NCBI GenBank assembly: GCA_965206595.1 | Contig: OZ242214.1 | Coordinates: 4,224,001 to 4,288,000, forward strand | DNA length: 64,000 bases | Source of the DNA: Candidatus Latescibacterota bacterium | Lineage (GTDB): Bacteria > Latescibacterota > UBA2968 > UBA8231 | Reading direction: 5' to 3' | Shown here: positions 41,533 through 52,353 of the stretch, one piece after another | Position numbering within the stretch: the first letter of the stretch is position 1 | Layout of the letters: the number at the start of each line of letters is the position of its first letter | Translations under genes and position numbers: made by a program | Notes under the pieces: generated by a model | Databases searched by the model: none | Seen by the model: only the letters and a program-made list of their open reading frames with translations | Told to the model about the DNA's origin: nothing

Positions 41533-42183
41533 ATGCCGGTTTTTCGCGCAGGCAGCGGCCAGGCCCCGGCCTGGTGCGAGCTGCATCGATTCGACGTCGT
41601 CGACCTGCCCGCCGGCGCCGGCAGGTACGACTTAGACCGCGCCGGCCCCAGGGAGAAGCTGATCGTCGGGGAGGGCGCCTGCACAGTCGCGGTTGGTGAC
41701 CGTGAGCAGGAGGCTGAGAAGGGGGCCAATATCGACCTGCCGGAAGGGGAAGGGGAGGCCGGTTTCGGCATCCTCGAGGTCTCCGAGGACGCCACCCTGA
41801 TCCGCATGGCCGGCGACTGGGGGGACGAGGTCGGCGGCTCCGGGCTGTTCTCGGTAGACGAGGCGGTCGACAGCGACCGCGCCGACCGGGGAGATCCCGT
41901 CTCCTACGAGAAGCGGACCCGCTTCGACTGCCACTTCCACGACTGCGACGAGTACTGGATCCTGTTCGCCGGCAGCGGCGTCGCCGTCTCGGAAGGGAAG
42001 AGGTACGAGGTTTCGGCAGGGGACTGCGTGGCCACCGGGATGGGAAACCACCATGACTTCCCGGTCGTTCACGAACCGGTGCGGGCCGTCTTTTTCGAGA
42101 CCACCATGGAAGGGGAGATGCGCCGCGGCCACCTCTGGGACCACACCCACGGGAAGGCGCAGCCGCGGGCGCAGCGGGTCTGA
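41533..42183 (+). CDS. Cupin domain protein
   Basis: HFHDCDEYW and GDCVATGMGNHH cupin motifs. Confidence 0.75.
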   Translation: MPVFRAGSGQAPAWCELHRFDVVDLPAGAGRYDLDRAGPREKLIVGEGACTVAVGDREQEAEKGANIDLPEGEGEAGFGILEVSEDATLIRMAGDWGDEVGGSGLFSVDEAVDSDRADRGDPVSYEKRTRFDCHFHDCDEYWILFAGSGVAVSEGKRYEVSAGDCVATGMGNHHDFPVVHEPVRAVFFETTMEGEMRRGHLWDHTHGKAQPRAQRV

Positions 42184-42279
42184 AGGCGGTCAGGATCGAA
42201 AAAAGAAGGTCTCCGCCATCTCACCACTTGGTCGGTCTCCTGCTATGGAAGGGATCGCGGCGCGGCGAGGACCAGCCCG

Positions 42280-43680
42280 CTATTTGCTTTCCTGCAGGCG
42301 CCCGAGCGCCCTCCGTGCCAGCTCCAGTGTCGAATCCTCCTGCACCGCCCTCTGCAGCGCGGCGACCGCCTCTTCCCGGCGGCCCTGCTCGGCGTAGGCC
42401 ATTCCCAGGTTCAGGTGGGCCCGCGCCAGGTCCGGGCGCAGGCCCACCACCCTTTCGAAGGTGGCAACCGCCCGCGCCAGGCGCCCTGCCTGCTGCTGGG
42501 CGAGCCCCATGTCGTTGAGGGCGGTGACGAGCCCTGCGTCCGCGGAATACGCCCGCCCGTACGCGGCGATGGCGAGGTCCAGTTTGCCCTGACTGTGCAA
42601 GGCCCCTGCCAGGGCGTAGTGGGCTTTGGCGAACTCAGGTTTCAACGCCACCGCACGCTCGAACGCCGCCGCGGCCTCGGCGCCGCGGCCCTGCAGCAGG
42701 TATTCCCGCCCGACGGCGAACTGCAGCCCGGCACGTCCGGAGTGACCCTGAGCACTTTCCGATAGCGGTTGATGCGGTCCTGTACCGGCTGCAGGCGCGT
42801 GAACAACTGCTGTTCCCGGCGCGCGGCCTGCGGCAGGTCCAGGGCTTCGTACAGGCGGGCGAGATGCTCGTGCGGTGTCGGGGCCCAAGGGGCCAGGCCC
42901 GCGGCGGCCTGAAAGGCCTCGACCGCGGAGCGACGATTTCCCGTGCGCAGGTAGGCGAGGCCCAGCCGGTTGCGAATCTCCCATGCCCTCGGCGCCAGCG
43001 CGGCTGCTTTCTCGAGAGCGGCGACCGCCCGTTCCGGTTGATCGAGGCTCAGCCGGATCGCTCCCAGCAGGTGGAAGACAGGTGCACGGGTCGAGTCCTT
43101 CGACGCCGCCTCTTCCAGGACGCGGGCCGCCTCCCGGATCCGTCCCAGGCGCTTGAACAGGGTGACGGCGAGGGAGTAATAGGCCTCCATGTGGTGCGGC
43201 TCCCGCCTGATCGCCTCCCGGAACAGCTGCTCGGCCTCCTCGTGGCGGACCTCTTCGTGGCGTTCGACCCCCATCAGGTAGATCTCCCGGGCCGTGGCCT
43301 GCGCCGGAAGCGCGGCCAGACCGGCGGTCCCTTCACCGGCCGGATCGGCCCTCCTTTCTCCTGCGGGAGATCCCGCCGGACCGGGTGGGGCCCCCGCCAA
43401 GGCGGTTGGGCGCCATTCGCCCGGCCTCGTGGTTGCGACCGCGTATGAGGCGACCGGGTCGTCTTCTCCTTCCCTGATCTGCAAGTACCGTCCGCTTTCC
43501 GGCTTCTCGAGAACCTGTACCCGGCCGGAAGGCCAGAGGATCTCCACCCGGTCCACCTCTTCCCGGGACCCAAGCCCGAACAGCAGTCGGTGGTCGTGTG
43601 CCGACTGATAGCCGTAGCTCCGTCGCACCTCCCGGGTCCGGGTGCGCCCGCCGGCGCCCAGGAGCACGCGGGCGCCGATA
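42280..43680 (-). pseudogene. ASPIC/UnbV + TPR protein (CRTAC1-like), 5'-truncated by IS66 and frameshifted at ~42730
   Basis: IGARV...REVRRSYGYQSAHDHRLLFGLG..VDRVEILWPSG followed by TPR repeats in two frames. Confidence 0.8.
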
Positions 43681-45114
43681 CAGATCGTGGAACAACAGAC
43701 GGCGCGCATTGGGGAGCTGGAGCGGGAATTGGCCCGCCGCAAAGGGCGCTCCCGCCGCGGTGCCCGGGCCGCCTCGTCGCAATCGGGCGCTTCCTCCTCG
43801 CCGCGCACCGACACCTCCCGACGCCGATCCTCGGGGCGCTCGCCGGGCGGACAGCCCGGGCACGAAGGACCCGGCCGCTCGTGGGTATCGGTGGAGCAGG
43901 TGGACGAACGGATCCCGGTCAAGCCGAGTACGTGCCACGGATGCGGGCACCCGTTGACGGGAGACGATCCTCATCCGCAGCGTCACCAGGAAGTCGTCAT
44001 CCCGCCGCTGCGGGCCGAGGTCATCGAGTATCAGTTGCACACCCTGCGCTGCGCTCACTGCGACCGCCTGACCGAAGCCGGTTGGCCCGAGGGCGTATCG
44101 CGCCACACCTTCGGTCCCAGCGTGCAAGCCTGGGTCGGCCTGCTGGCCGGGGCCTACCGGCTGAGCAAGCGCAACATCCGGGCGCTGTTGTCCGACGCCT
44201 TCGGCCTCAAGGTGTCGCTGGGTACGGTCAGCCGGCTGGAACGGGAGGTGGCCGCGGCCCTGGCGGGTGCGGTCGAGGAGGCGCGCGCCTTCGTTCGCCG
44301 ACAGGGCCTCGTCAACGTCGACGAGACCGGCTGGCGCCAGCGCCGCGCCAAGGCCTGGTTGTGGACGGCGGTGACGGCCGGCGTCTCGGTGTTCGCCATT
44401 CGCCCCAGCCGCGGCCGTGACGGGGTCGATGAGGTGCTGGGTGTGGATAACCGGGCGGTGGTCGGCTCCGATCGCTATTCGGCCTACGGGCATCTGCCGC
44501 TGCGACGCCGGCAAGTCTGCTGGGCTCATCTGCGGCGCGCCTTCGAGGAGTTCGTGGCCCGGGGCGGAGAGGCCGAGCGCGTCGGTCAACACCTGTTGGA
44601 CCGCAGCGAGCAGCTGTTTACCTGGTGGCATCAAGTCCGCGACGGTACCCTGTCCCGCGCCCGCTTCCAGGACTATATCGACGATTTGTGCCTGCGCTTT
44701 CGTTTTCATTTGTGCTATGGGCAGCGGTTCGCCGACGCCAAGACGGCGGCCACCTGCGCCAACCTCCTCGACCTCGGGCCGGCCCTGTGGACCTTCGCAC
44801 GCAGAGAAGGCGTCGAGCCGACCAACAACGACGCCGAACGAGCCCTTCGCCATGGCGTGTTGTGGCGTCACACCAGCTTCGGCACCCACAGTGCCGAAGG
44901 CAGCCGTTTTGTAGAGCGCCTGCTCACGGTGCGCGATACCCTGGGCCAGCAACAGCGCAACGTCCTCGACTATCTCAGGATGGCCTGTCAGGCTGCCGTG
45001 TCTCAGCAGCCGGCGCCCTCGCTGCTGCCTTCAACCCACTCCGCCATTCGTTAATATCAGCGCGCAACCATTCCGCCCCCCGGCCCCAACCTGCCAGGGG
45101 AACTGAACGGTTAC
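43681..45114 (+). mobile_element. IS66-family element, left end deleted; transposase reads to 45054
   Basis: GGQPGHEG, CHGCG zinc finger, NVDETGW, SDRYSAY, QVCWAHLRR and EPTNNDAERALR. Right IR CTGAACGGTTAC ends at 45114. Confidence 0.9.
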
Positions 45115-45216
45115 GAATCAGAAGACAGCATCCGCCCATCGAGGAAGGTGTCCGCTTGAAGGTCTGATATGCCGGGGGGAGATGGGAACCGCGCCAGGGC
45201 AGGGACTACCAGGCCG

Positions 45217-46113
45217 TCAGCCAGCCGCTGAACCAGCGCCGCAGCCCCTCGAGAAACGGCTCCCGCCGGCCGGGGACCAGGCCGGCTCCCGGTCCGAGAC
45301 GTACTCAGCGGTCAATCTCGTGACCCCGGTTCCGTCAACGGCCATGCAGTAGACATGGAAGTTCCAGTCCCGGTTGGAAACGAAGGCGATCTCCCTGCCG
45401 TCGCTGGAAATGGCCGGTTCCAAATCCTGTCCGGGGTGATTGCTGAGGTTGACTACCTCCCCGCCGGCTACCTCCACGATGCAGATCTCAAGATTGCCGA
45501 AGCGGTCGCTCTCGAAGGCGATGCGGCCGTCCGGCAACCAGGCCGGGCGCGCGTCGTGCCCCTCGTGGCGGGTCAGGTTGCGCAGGTTGCCGCCGTCGCG
45601 GTCGGCGAGGAACACCTCGAGATTCCCGTCGCGGAAAGTGGTGAAAGCGAGGAGCCGCCCATCGGGCGACCAGGCCGGCTGGATGCCGTTCCCCACGATC
45701 CGCCGGATCGCCGCTTCCCCGTCCCCCGGCTTCATCAGGTAGATGTCGTACGACCCCTCCGCCGTTCCACCTCCGAAGACGATCGTGCGGTCCGGCCCCC
45801 AGCAGATGCCCGCCACGCTGGTTATATGCGACGGTACCGGCACCCTCGTCCGTTTCTCGCCGGCCGCGGAAACCACGTGGAACTCGCTCTTGCTTTGGGT
45901 GTGAGCGACGTACAGGACGCGCCGCCCGTCCGGGGCCCAGCGCGGGCTGGCGGTTCCCCATCCCCAGTTCTCCGCGGAGATGCGCACGATGGAGGATCCG
46001 TCCCTCGCCATGCGAAAGACGCTCCCCTCGAAGTCATGGGCTGCGGTGGGTTGCTGCCAAAGGAGCGAACAGAGCGTCAGGATGACGGCAAGCCTGCCGA
46101 ATGATCCAGGCAT
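45217..46113 (-). CDS. Secreted TolB-like PD40 beta-propeller protein
   Basis: Signal peptide (AAHD) and repeats PRWAPDG, PAWSPDG, PAWLPDG and PAISSDG. Confidence 0.8.
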   Translation of the reverse strand: MPGSFGRLAVILTLCSLLWQQPTAAHDFEGSVFRMARDGSSIVRISAENWGWGTASPRWAPDGRRVLYVAHTQSKSEFHVVSAAGEKRTRVPVPSHITSVAGICWGPDRTIVFGGGTAEGSYDIYLMKPGDGEAAIRRIVGNGIQPAWSPDGRLLAFTTFRDGNLEVFLADRDGGNLRNLTRHEGHDARPAWLPDGRIAFESDRFGNLEICIVEVAGGEVVNLSNHPGQDLEPAISSDGREIAFVSNRDWNFHVYCMAVDGTGVTRLTAEYVSDREPAWSPAGGSRFSRGCGAGSAAG

Positions 46114-46209
46114 GACTCGAGTCCAAGGGGAAGGGTGAGAAGAAGGCGAATCAGGGTGAGCCGACGGACCGCCAAGGCTCACCAGGGAGAGACGGGATGG
46201 GATGGAACG

Positions 46210-47169
46210 CTACTCGATTTTCAGGGAGGCCTTGATCCGGCCCCAGGAGACCGACTCTACCACGCTGCCATCCGTTTCGGAGGGCAGCAGCAATCCGTCG
46301 AGAAAGGCATCCGCCCGATGGAACTGTATGTTCCTGAACGTGCGGTTGCGCTCGTCCGACTGCTGGAAATCGAGCCCCCAATTTCTCCACTCTGTACCGG
46401 GCGGGTCATAGTCATGCACTAAAATCGTGAAACCGATAACCCCGCCCGCGGAAAACCGGCTGACTGCGCCCCCGGCAGGGCCGTGCCAGGATTCTTCCCC
46501 CCAGCGGTCGAACGGCGTCACGTACAGCTCGACCACCCAGATGACCGGGGCTTCTGAGGCGACGCCGCCCCCGCTTTCCGCATAGGGTGGAAGGGTCGTC
46601 CATGAAAGCATTCCAGTCTGGACTCTATATATCACATCACTCAAGGTCGGACCGCTGGCGGTGTGTGAGATAGCCGCGTAAAACTGAGTCTGCCCGTGAC
46701 CCTCGATCCATCGCTCCATTGGGTCGCCGTTGGAATTACCCGCACCTCCGCTGTGATCTCCGTCGATCGCCAGCGTGATGCTGTCATTCATGTGTACGTA
46801 CTGTCGATTTACATTAGAACTGCCGTAGTCGTGGGTGTTCTTGTACACGTCGTCGCTGGCCACGAAAGCGACGTAGAGACGGGCAGGCTCGTCGTGCCAG
46901 GCCAGCCAGATGCGGAAGTCCAGGTCGGAAGGATCAAGCGGGGAGTCCGCAATTTCTTCCGTGAAATCCAGCAGGGTCAGGGTCGGCTCCCCGATCAGGT
47001 CGATCCACTCCTGTATCTGGCCGTCGCCGAGCTGGATCTCGGCCAGCATCTCGTCGCTGAGGTAGGCAATCGGGTACAGGCGATCGCCGACGTGGGCACC
47101 GGCCTGGAGGGCCACCCAGAGGAGCAGGCCCAGGGTGGGGTTACACAGCTTTTTGATCCGCACAGGCAT
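46210..47169 (-). CDS. Secreted CBM9/DOMON-like protein with C-terminal SWGRIK motif
   Basis: Signal peptide (AGAH), DLDFRIWLAWH..RLYVAF..DD, IDGDHSGG, and end VESVSWGRIKASLKIE. Confidence 0.7.
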   Translation of the reverse strand: MPVRIKKLCNPTLGLLLWVALQAGAHVGDRLYPIAYLSDEMLAEIQLGDGQIQEWIDLIGEPTLTLLDFTEEIADSPLDPSDLDFRIWLAWHDEPARLYVAFVASDDVYKNTHDYGSSNVNRQYVHMNDSITLAIDGDHSGGAGNSNGDPMERWIEGHGQTQFYAAISHTASGPTLSDVIYRVQTGMLSWTTLPPYAESGGGVASEAPVIWVVELYVTPFDRWGEESWHGPAGGAVSRFSAGGVIGFTILVHDYDPPGTEWRNWGLDFQQSDERNRTFRNIQFHRADAFLDGLLLPSETDGSVVESVSWGRIKASLKIE

Positions 47170-47357
47170 GGCTCTCCTTCCCTGCTCAAGACCCGACTCG
47201 GCGGACCGGCCCTCGGCTTTCCCGGTCGAAGCCGGGAGGTGCGGGTATCGCGCATTTACCGCAAAGAAAAAAGACGGACAAGCGCCCCGACGCACCCGGA
47301 AGAAGGGTTCGCGGGACACTCGTCCGCCCGGCGCAGACTTGGCTGGAGGGGGGCATC

Positions 47358-47564
47358 TCAGTCACAGTCGCAACAGTTGCCACCCTCGTACCAGGTGTAG
47401 CTTCCGTGTCCTATCTGGGAGCACGCGTAGGCGCATTCTCCATCGGAGTAAACCCCGCCGAAATGGTGCAATGAACCTGCACCCAGAAACAACGCCCCGG
47501 CAGAGAGCATGACTCCCGTCGCAATGGCGAGGGGGATCTTGGACCGCCTCAGAAAGTGTGGCAT
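47358..47564 (-). CDS. Small secreted cysteine-rich peptide (defensin-like CxxxC...CxC)
   Basis: AGAGG RBS, basic plus hydrophobic N-terminus, and C-terminal ECAYACSQIGHGSYTWYEGGNCCDCD. Confidence 0.55.
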   Translation of the reverse strand: MPHFLRRSKIPLAIATGVMLSAGALFLGAGSLHHFGGVYSDGECAYACSQIGHGSYTWYEGGNCCDCD

Positions 47565-47870
47565 TTTCTGCCTCTTTTTGTTGTGAGGTAAGGTTTTCCC
47601 GGCATCGACCTGTTCCGAAAGAAACGGCTCCTTCCGGTCGCCGGGACGGAAATCCGGCGCGCAACCTCGCCGCTCCCTCCTGTTGCCACCGGCCTCATCG
47701 GTGCACTGCCATCGCCTTCTCTATTGCTGCTGCTGCCCTCCAACACCAAGTCTGCAAGGAGTCCATCGAACACCAGCCCGATGGTTGCCTTGAGGGGTAA
47801 GGTAAAAAAAATGCCCGGGAACAACAGGCTTTTTTTGCCAAGGTCACCCCTTCCTGTCGCCGAAACCACG

Positions 47871-48724
47871 GAACCTATCTCAAAATAGGCAAACTTAAAC
47901 TTGTTTTCGAAATGACAGTGATGTACCATTGGTGTATGGTCAATCTGACCGACATGCAATGGCAACGAATCCGGCATCACTTTCCTGAAGAACTTCGTCC
48001 CAAGAGCCATCCGGGTCGCAAACCGGTTTGCACCCGTGATGTTTTTGAAGCCGTCCTTTGGATTCTAAACACCGGGGCTCGATGGCCTATGTTGCCGCCG
48101 TGCTATCCGAACTACAAAACCGTGCATCGCCGTTTTCAAAACGGGTGTCGTCAAGGGGTGGTGCGCGAAGTTCTCATGGACCTGGCCCAGACTCTTCACG
48201 AGCAAGGGGGCCTGGACGAATCGGAGGCTTTCATCGATGGCATGTTCTCGGCGGCCAAGGGTGGAGGTGCCGATATCGGCCACACCAGGCGAGGTAAGGG
48301 GGTGCGGGTCATGGGGATCGTGGACGGCAATGGGCTTCCCTTGTCGGTGAGCACGCATGCAGCGAACCATCATGAAGTGACGCTGGTTCAGTCGACCTTT
48401 GACTTTTACTTGATCGAAGACCAACCTGACAACTTGATCGGCGATAAAGCGTACGACAGCGATTCGTTGGATGAAGAGCTTAAGAAAGACGGGATCGAGA
48501 TGATCGCCCCGCATCGCCAGAATCGGAGCAAGCAAAAGACTCAGGATGGACGGCGATTGCGGCGATATGTGCGGCGTTGGATGGTTGAGAGATTCTTTGC
48601 TTGGCTTCAATGGCAGCGTCGAGTGATCACTCGCTGGGAATTGTATCCGGAGAATTTTCTTGGCTTCGTCCAACTTGCATCCATTTTGATTTTGCTTAAA
48701 CAATTTCAATTTTGAGATAGGTTC
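47871..48724 (+). mobile_element. IS5-family insertion sequence, copy 2
   Basis: IRs GAACCTATCTCAAAAT / ATTTTGAGATAGGTTC. Near-identical to copies 1 and 3. Confidence 0.93.
47912..48715 (+). CDS. IS5-family transposase
   Basis: Same motifs as copy 1. The stop codon lies inside the right IR. Confidence 0.93.
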   Translation: MTVMYHWCMVNLTDMQWQRIRHHFPEELRPKSHPGRKPVCTRDVFEAVLWILNTGARWPMLPPCYPNYKTVHRRFQNGCRQGVVREVLMDLAQTLHEQGGLDESEAFIDGMFSAAKGGGADIGHTRRGKGVRVMGIVDGNGLPLSVSTHAANHHEVTLVQSTFDFYLIEDQPDNLIGDKAYDSDSLDEELKKDGIEMIAPHRQNRSKQKTQDGRRLRRYVRRWMVERFFAWLQWQRRVITRWELYPENFLGFVQLASILILLKQFQF

Positions 48725-49145
48725 CAGTGATAGGGAACGCATGATGGATCTGTCTATTCCGTATAAACCCGCGGTCGCCGGCATGGCGGAGGCGGGCATC
48801 TTGGAGTCTGAAGGCGGCGAGGTGCGACTGCCCCGCCCGGAGGTATTGCCCAAAGATTGGGACCCTGCCGCAGACCGCCGGCTTCCCGTCTGGGAGGTCG
48901 TTAATCACTTCGTGAGCGTCCTGGTATCCGGAGGAGAGACCGGGCCGACGGGCTTCATCAGGCAACTCGGCGGCGTCGACGAAACCGCCCGCGAGTTCGC
49001 GTACTCCCTGTACGCGGTCGCGGAGCGAAAGAACCCCACCGCCGAAACGCTGTCCTACAAGGCCCTGGTCCTGAGCTGGCGGCAGATCGCGCGCCTGGCG
49101 CGCCAGGAGGCGCCAGCTGAGCAGGGCGGGCTGTTTGGAAACTGA
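48725..49145 (+). pseudogene. C-terminal remnant of DUF1156-family DNA methyltransferase
   Basis: AGILES.GGEVRL, WEVVNHF, ETAREFAYSLYAVAERK, YKALVLSWRQI and QGGLF resemble the DUF1156 C-terminus. Cut by IS5. Confidence 0.65.
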
Positions 49146-49308
49146 GAGTCGGGAACCAAAGGTTGAAGGCTTCCATAGCAGGCGGCAAATTATCGTCATC
49201 AGAACCCTTGAAGGCAGGCTTGAAGGGGAAGAGGACAATGCAGAAAGAAGGCAGACACGAGCGAAAAGACTTTCGACCAATGGGTATCAGGAAGGGGGCT
49301 AAATAATT

Positions 49309-49560
49309 GTGAGACCCGTGACGGAAAGGGGCCGTGAGCTGCTGCCTGAATTCTCCGGTCTAAAGCGTATTGCCAATGCGGTCATCCTCGATGCTAAGGA
49401 CGCTGCATATGGGAACTGCCGGAACATCCTAGACCTCGATATGGAACAGGACGAAATCGACATCCTCCCGGCAATTGTAAAGGCCGACCTGCGGGAACAT
49501 CAATTGAAACCTAAAGATAAAGGGAGAAAATCGCGTGCTCGAAAAAGAATCAGGAACTAG
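49309..49560 (+). CDS. Hypothetical protein or fragment
   Basis: 83-codon ORF in an AT-richer island. No recognised motif. Confidence 0.3.
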   Translation: MRPVTERGRELLPEFSGLKRIANAVILDAKDAAYGNCRNILDLDMEQDEIDILPAIVKADLREHQLKPKDKGRKSRARKRIRN

Positions 49561-49692
49561 GGATAAGTGGTTTGAGGACTACGCCGAAGAAGAAAAGGAA
49601 GAGGAAGATACAGTTTTAGATTACGACATAACTGCCACACCGAACGACTTCAATGTAAAAACCCTTTTCGATTTTATGGAATCAGGATCAGT
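49535..49692 (+). pseudogene. DUF262 (GmrSD-like) N-terminal remnant
   Basis: WFEDY...YDITATPNDFNVKTLFDFMESG stops just before the expected P.FQR motif. Confidence 0.6.
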
Positions 49693-50220
49693 CCAGGTGG
49701 TCGACAGCTCGACCCGGGCGGGCCGGTCGATGCGGATCTTGCGGTCGGCCAGGGTGTGGGCCACCGGCGGGCGGTTGGCCGGGTACACGGTCACGCGCAC
49801 CGGCAGGGTGGCTGCCCGGCCCCCTTGGTCGCGGGCGGTCACCGCGACCGTCACCCGGCCGGGGGCGACCGGGGCGATGGTGACCACCGAGTCGGCCAGG
49901 GTCGCGGTTGCGACCGCCTCGTCGCTGGAGGAGACCATAAGGGTCAGGGCGCCCCCCTCCGGGTCGCGGAAGCGGCCGGCCAGGTTCAGGGTGGCCGAGG
50001 CCCCCTCTACTTTCAGAATCTGCGCCGGCAGCCCGGCGCCCAGGGTCAGGCCGTAGGGCTCCTTCAGGCCGGAGGTGACCAAGTCTTCAACCTGGCTGCC
50101 ATTGAGGTGGGCGCGCTGGATCTTGTCGGTGCCGTAGTCGGTCCAGTACATCCTGCCCTCGCCCGGATCGAGGGCGATCGCCTGGGAGGTCTGCAGGCCC
50201 TCGGTGACCAGGTCTTCCGC
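49690..50220 (-). pseudogene. Fragment of YWTD (LDL-receptor class B) repeat / Ig-like surface protein
   Basis: IALDPGEGRMYWTDYGTDKIQRAHLNGSQVEDLVTSGL, then FRDPEG..SSSDEAVATA..VTARD. Both ends are missing. Confidence 0.75.
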
Positions 50221-50335
50221 AGTTGTAATGTTGTAAGTTGCTGTTAATTCGTTACTTGAAAAAACCCCCGAGAGCCGTTATACCAACAGTTATCACTCGC
50301 GGGGATTTTTTGTTGCGGTGTCCAGAGGGGGGTTT
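50221..50335 (-). other. att-like site: tRNA 3'-end fragment (50317-50335) followed by a hairpin and TTACAAC repeats
   Basis: The minus strand reads AAACCCCCCTCTGGACACC (T-stem/acceptor-like), then an imperfect inverted repeat at 50260-50310 with A/T tracts, then CTTACAACATTACAAC. Confidence 0.55.
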
Positions 50336-50926
50336 AGGTTGAGTTGCGCTACGGTTCGTGCGGTTTCAAAGAGTTTCTTTGACGGGGCCGCATCGTCGTC
50401 TCCCAGTTCTGAAAGGGCTGGGGCCGAGGATGGGCAACCCAGGCTCTCGGGCGTAACGACGCGGCCCATCTCTTTCAGGCGCTCCGGCCTGAACCCGGAG
50501 GGTCGCTTTTTGCGCGATTGCCAACCCTCCGACTGGCCGGCCCCGACAAGTCCAGCCGGGGCCGGTTCCAGAAACCGGGAAAGGGCAAGTCAAAAAAGCG
50601 AATGGGAGGCTCCAATTATCTTGCATCGTCATGACGTCGAATCGCCGAACAGCGGGGTAGCCTGTCCCAGCTCGCGGTGCCCGCGTCGGTTTTCCTGCCG
50701 CTTGCCTTCGGCCTCTCCGCGTGGGCCGCCGGGGGCATGCCGGCCGGCTCTGCGGCCTGATCGCAGCCGGGCTCTGGCCTCTGGAGAGAACAAAGGTTCG
50801 CTACATGCTCCCGTGGTAGCATGTTACCACGCGGGAGCGTCACCCTTCCTGCCGTCCGTTGAAGGAGCGCGCGATTCTTCCCAGCCAAGGTAACCATTGA
50901 GGAAAAATGGTTTGACAGAGTGGCAC

Positions 50927-51795
50927 CTAGGGGGCACTTAGCTTCACTTCCCTGACGAACAACGGCATTTTCAGGAACCTAGCAAGCCCAAATGTTTCGT
51001 AGAAGACGCCGTCGTGCCCTAGGAAGCCGGCGTTCCTGTCCCGCTGATCGACCTCCATCTCCTTCCACTCGCAATAGCCCGCATCGTCACACGTGATTTC
51101 GTCGCACGGCATCCCCTTGAACCTGCCGGCTCTTCCAGTACCGCCGATGACGTAAATCCGCATGCCGTGCGGGTTGTTGTCCCGGATGAAGTCGTGCAGA
51201 TCCGCAACCAGGAATTGCTCCGTTTTCTCTATCACGACCACGAGAACAGTCCCCCGCTCATATCTTTTTGCGAGCTTCTTGCCGATCACTTCGAACACGC
51301 TCTCCGAGTACTTTCCGTCCTGCACTATTTCCAATTTCATTGTCGAGAACGCGCGGCTGTCCCGCTCGACCGCCAGAACTTCCACGTCGGGTGGGTCGTC
51401 CTTCACGGGCTTGACGTAGTAGTCGTTGACCTCGTCGAGGAACATCGTGGATACGGCTCCGGTCAATAGTTCCACCATCTGCTTGTCGGCCGGCTTCCGG
51501 GACGCCAGTGTCGCGCCGAAACCGATGCGTTCCAGGTAACCGAAGACGGCGGCAGGGCTGATGAAGAAACGTAGGCGACTCGAACCGATTCCATATCCAA
51601 ACGCCGACACACCCAAACCAACTTGCGCAGGATGTCTTGACTGCTCGGAACCCTGCCCTTCTCGAGCGCCCTGTACCAAGCCGCGGCGACACCCGCCCGT
51701 CTCGCTGCCTGGGCCGACGTGATGCCCAGCCGTGCCCTGGCTGCTCTGAGGTCTTCCGCCACCAGACCTATGGTTTCCTCTCTTGAGTATTCCAT
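50927..51795 (-). pseudogene. XRE helix-turn-helix protein fused (frameshift ~51570) to a putative PD-(D/E)xK nuclease-like domain
   Basis: LRAARARLGITSAQAARRAGV..YRALEKG (XRE). The downstream frame has DDPPDV..KLEIVQ..IGKKLAKRY. Confidence 0.5.
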
Positions 51796-52169
51796 TGCCT
51801 CAACCGTCTTCGGCTCGCCGCCGTCCGGCTGGTGTACTGTGGGTCGCGCCGGGCGGAGAGCAACGATGGCCCGCTTTATTCGAGGGCGGCTATAACGATG
51901 CGCCGCCGGAATGAGGAGAATCGTCCATCCTGTTGCGGTATCCGGCTTTCGGGGCGAAGGAGGAGACATTCCGATGGCGCGGAGCAATCGTCCACCACCG
52001 CCAATCGCCCGTCAACCCCTACCCACTTGAGGTCGCGAGGAGCCACGTTTATTCGCCGTTCCCGAAGAACACCGTTGCGCTCATACGTTGTCTCAAACCT
52101 CCGGACCTATTATACGAGGTAAAATGGGGCACCTTTTGGGACTCTCGGTCAAGGCGCTTAGCGCACCGC

Positions 52170-52353
52170 CAGGGTCAGGCTAACGCCCCTGAGTGAGGAT
52201 CGTTTGCCAGCCGGCTCGACGCGGTGGTCAGGCTGAAGGCACCGTGGATCGGGCAGCGGCTCCGGGGAGTCAGGGGACCGCCGTCGTCGCCCCCGGGAGT
52301 TTGTCAGCGGCGAAAGCCTTCTGTATCTCGGGCGGCACTACCGGCTGAAGGTT
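52170..52353 (+). pseudogene. YgjP/DUF45 (SprT-like) metallopeptidase remnant
   Basis: VVRLKAPWI followed, after a frameshift, by REFVSGESLLYLGRHYRLKV. Cut exactly at the IS end. Confidence 0.6.
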
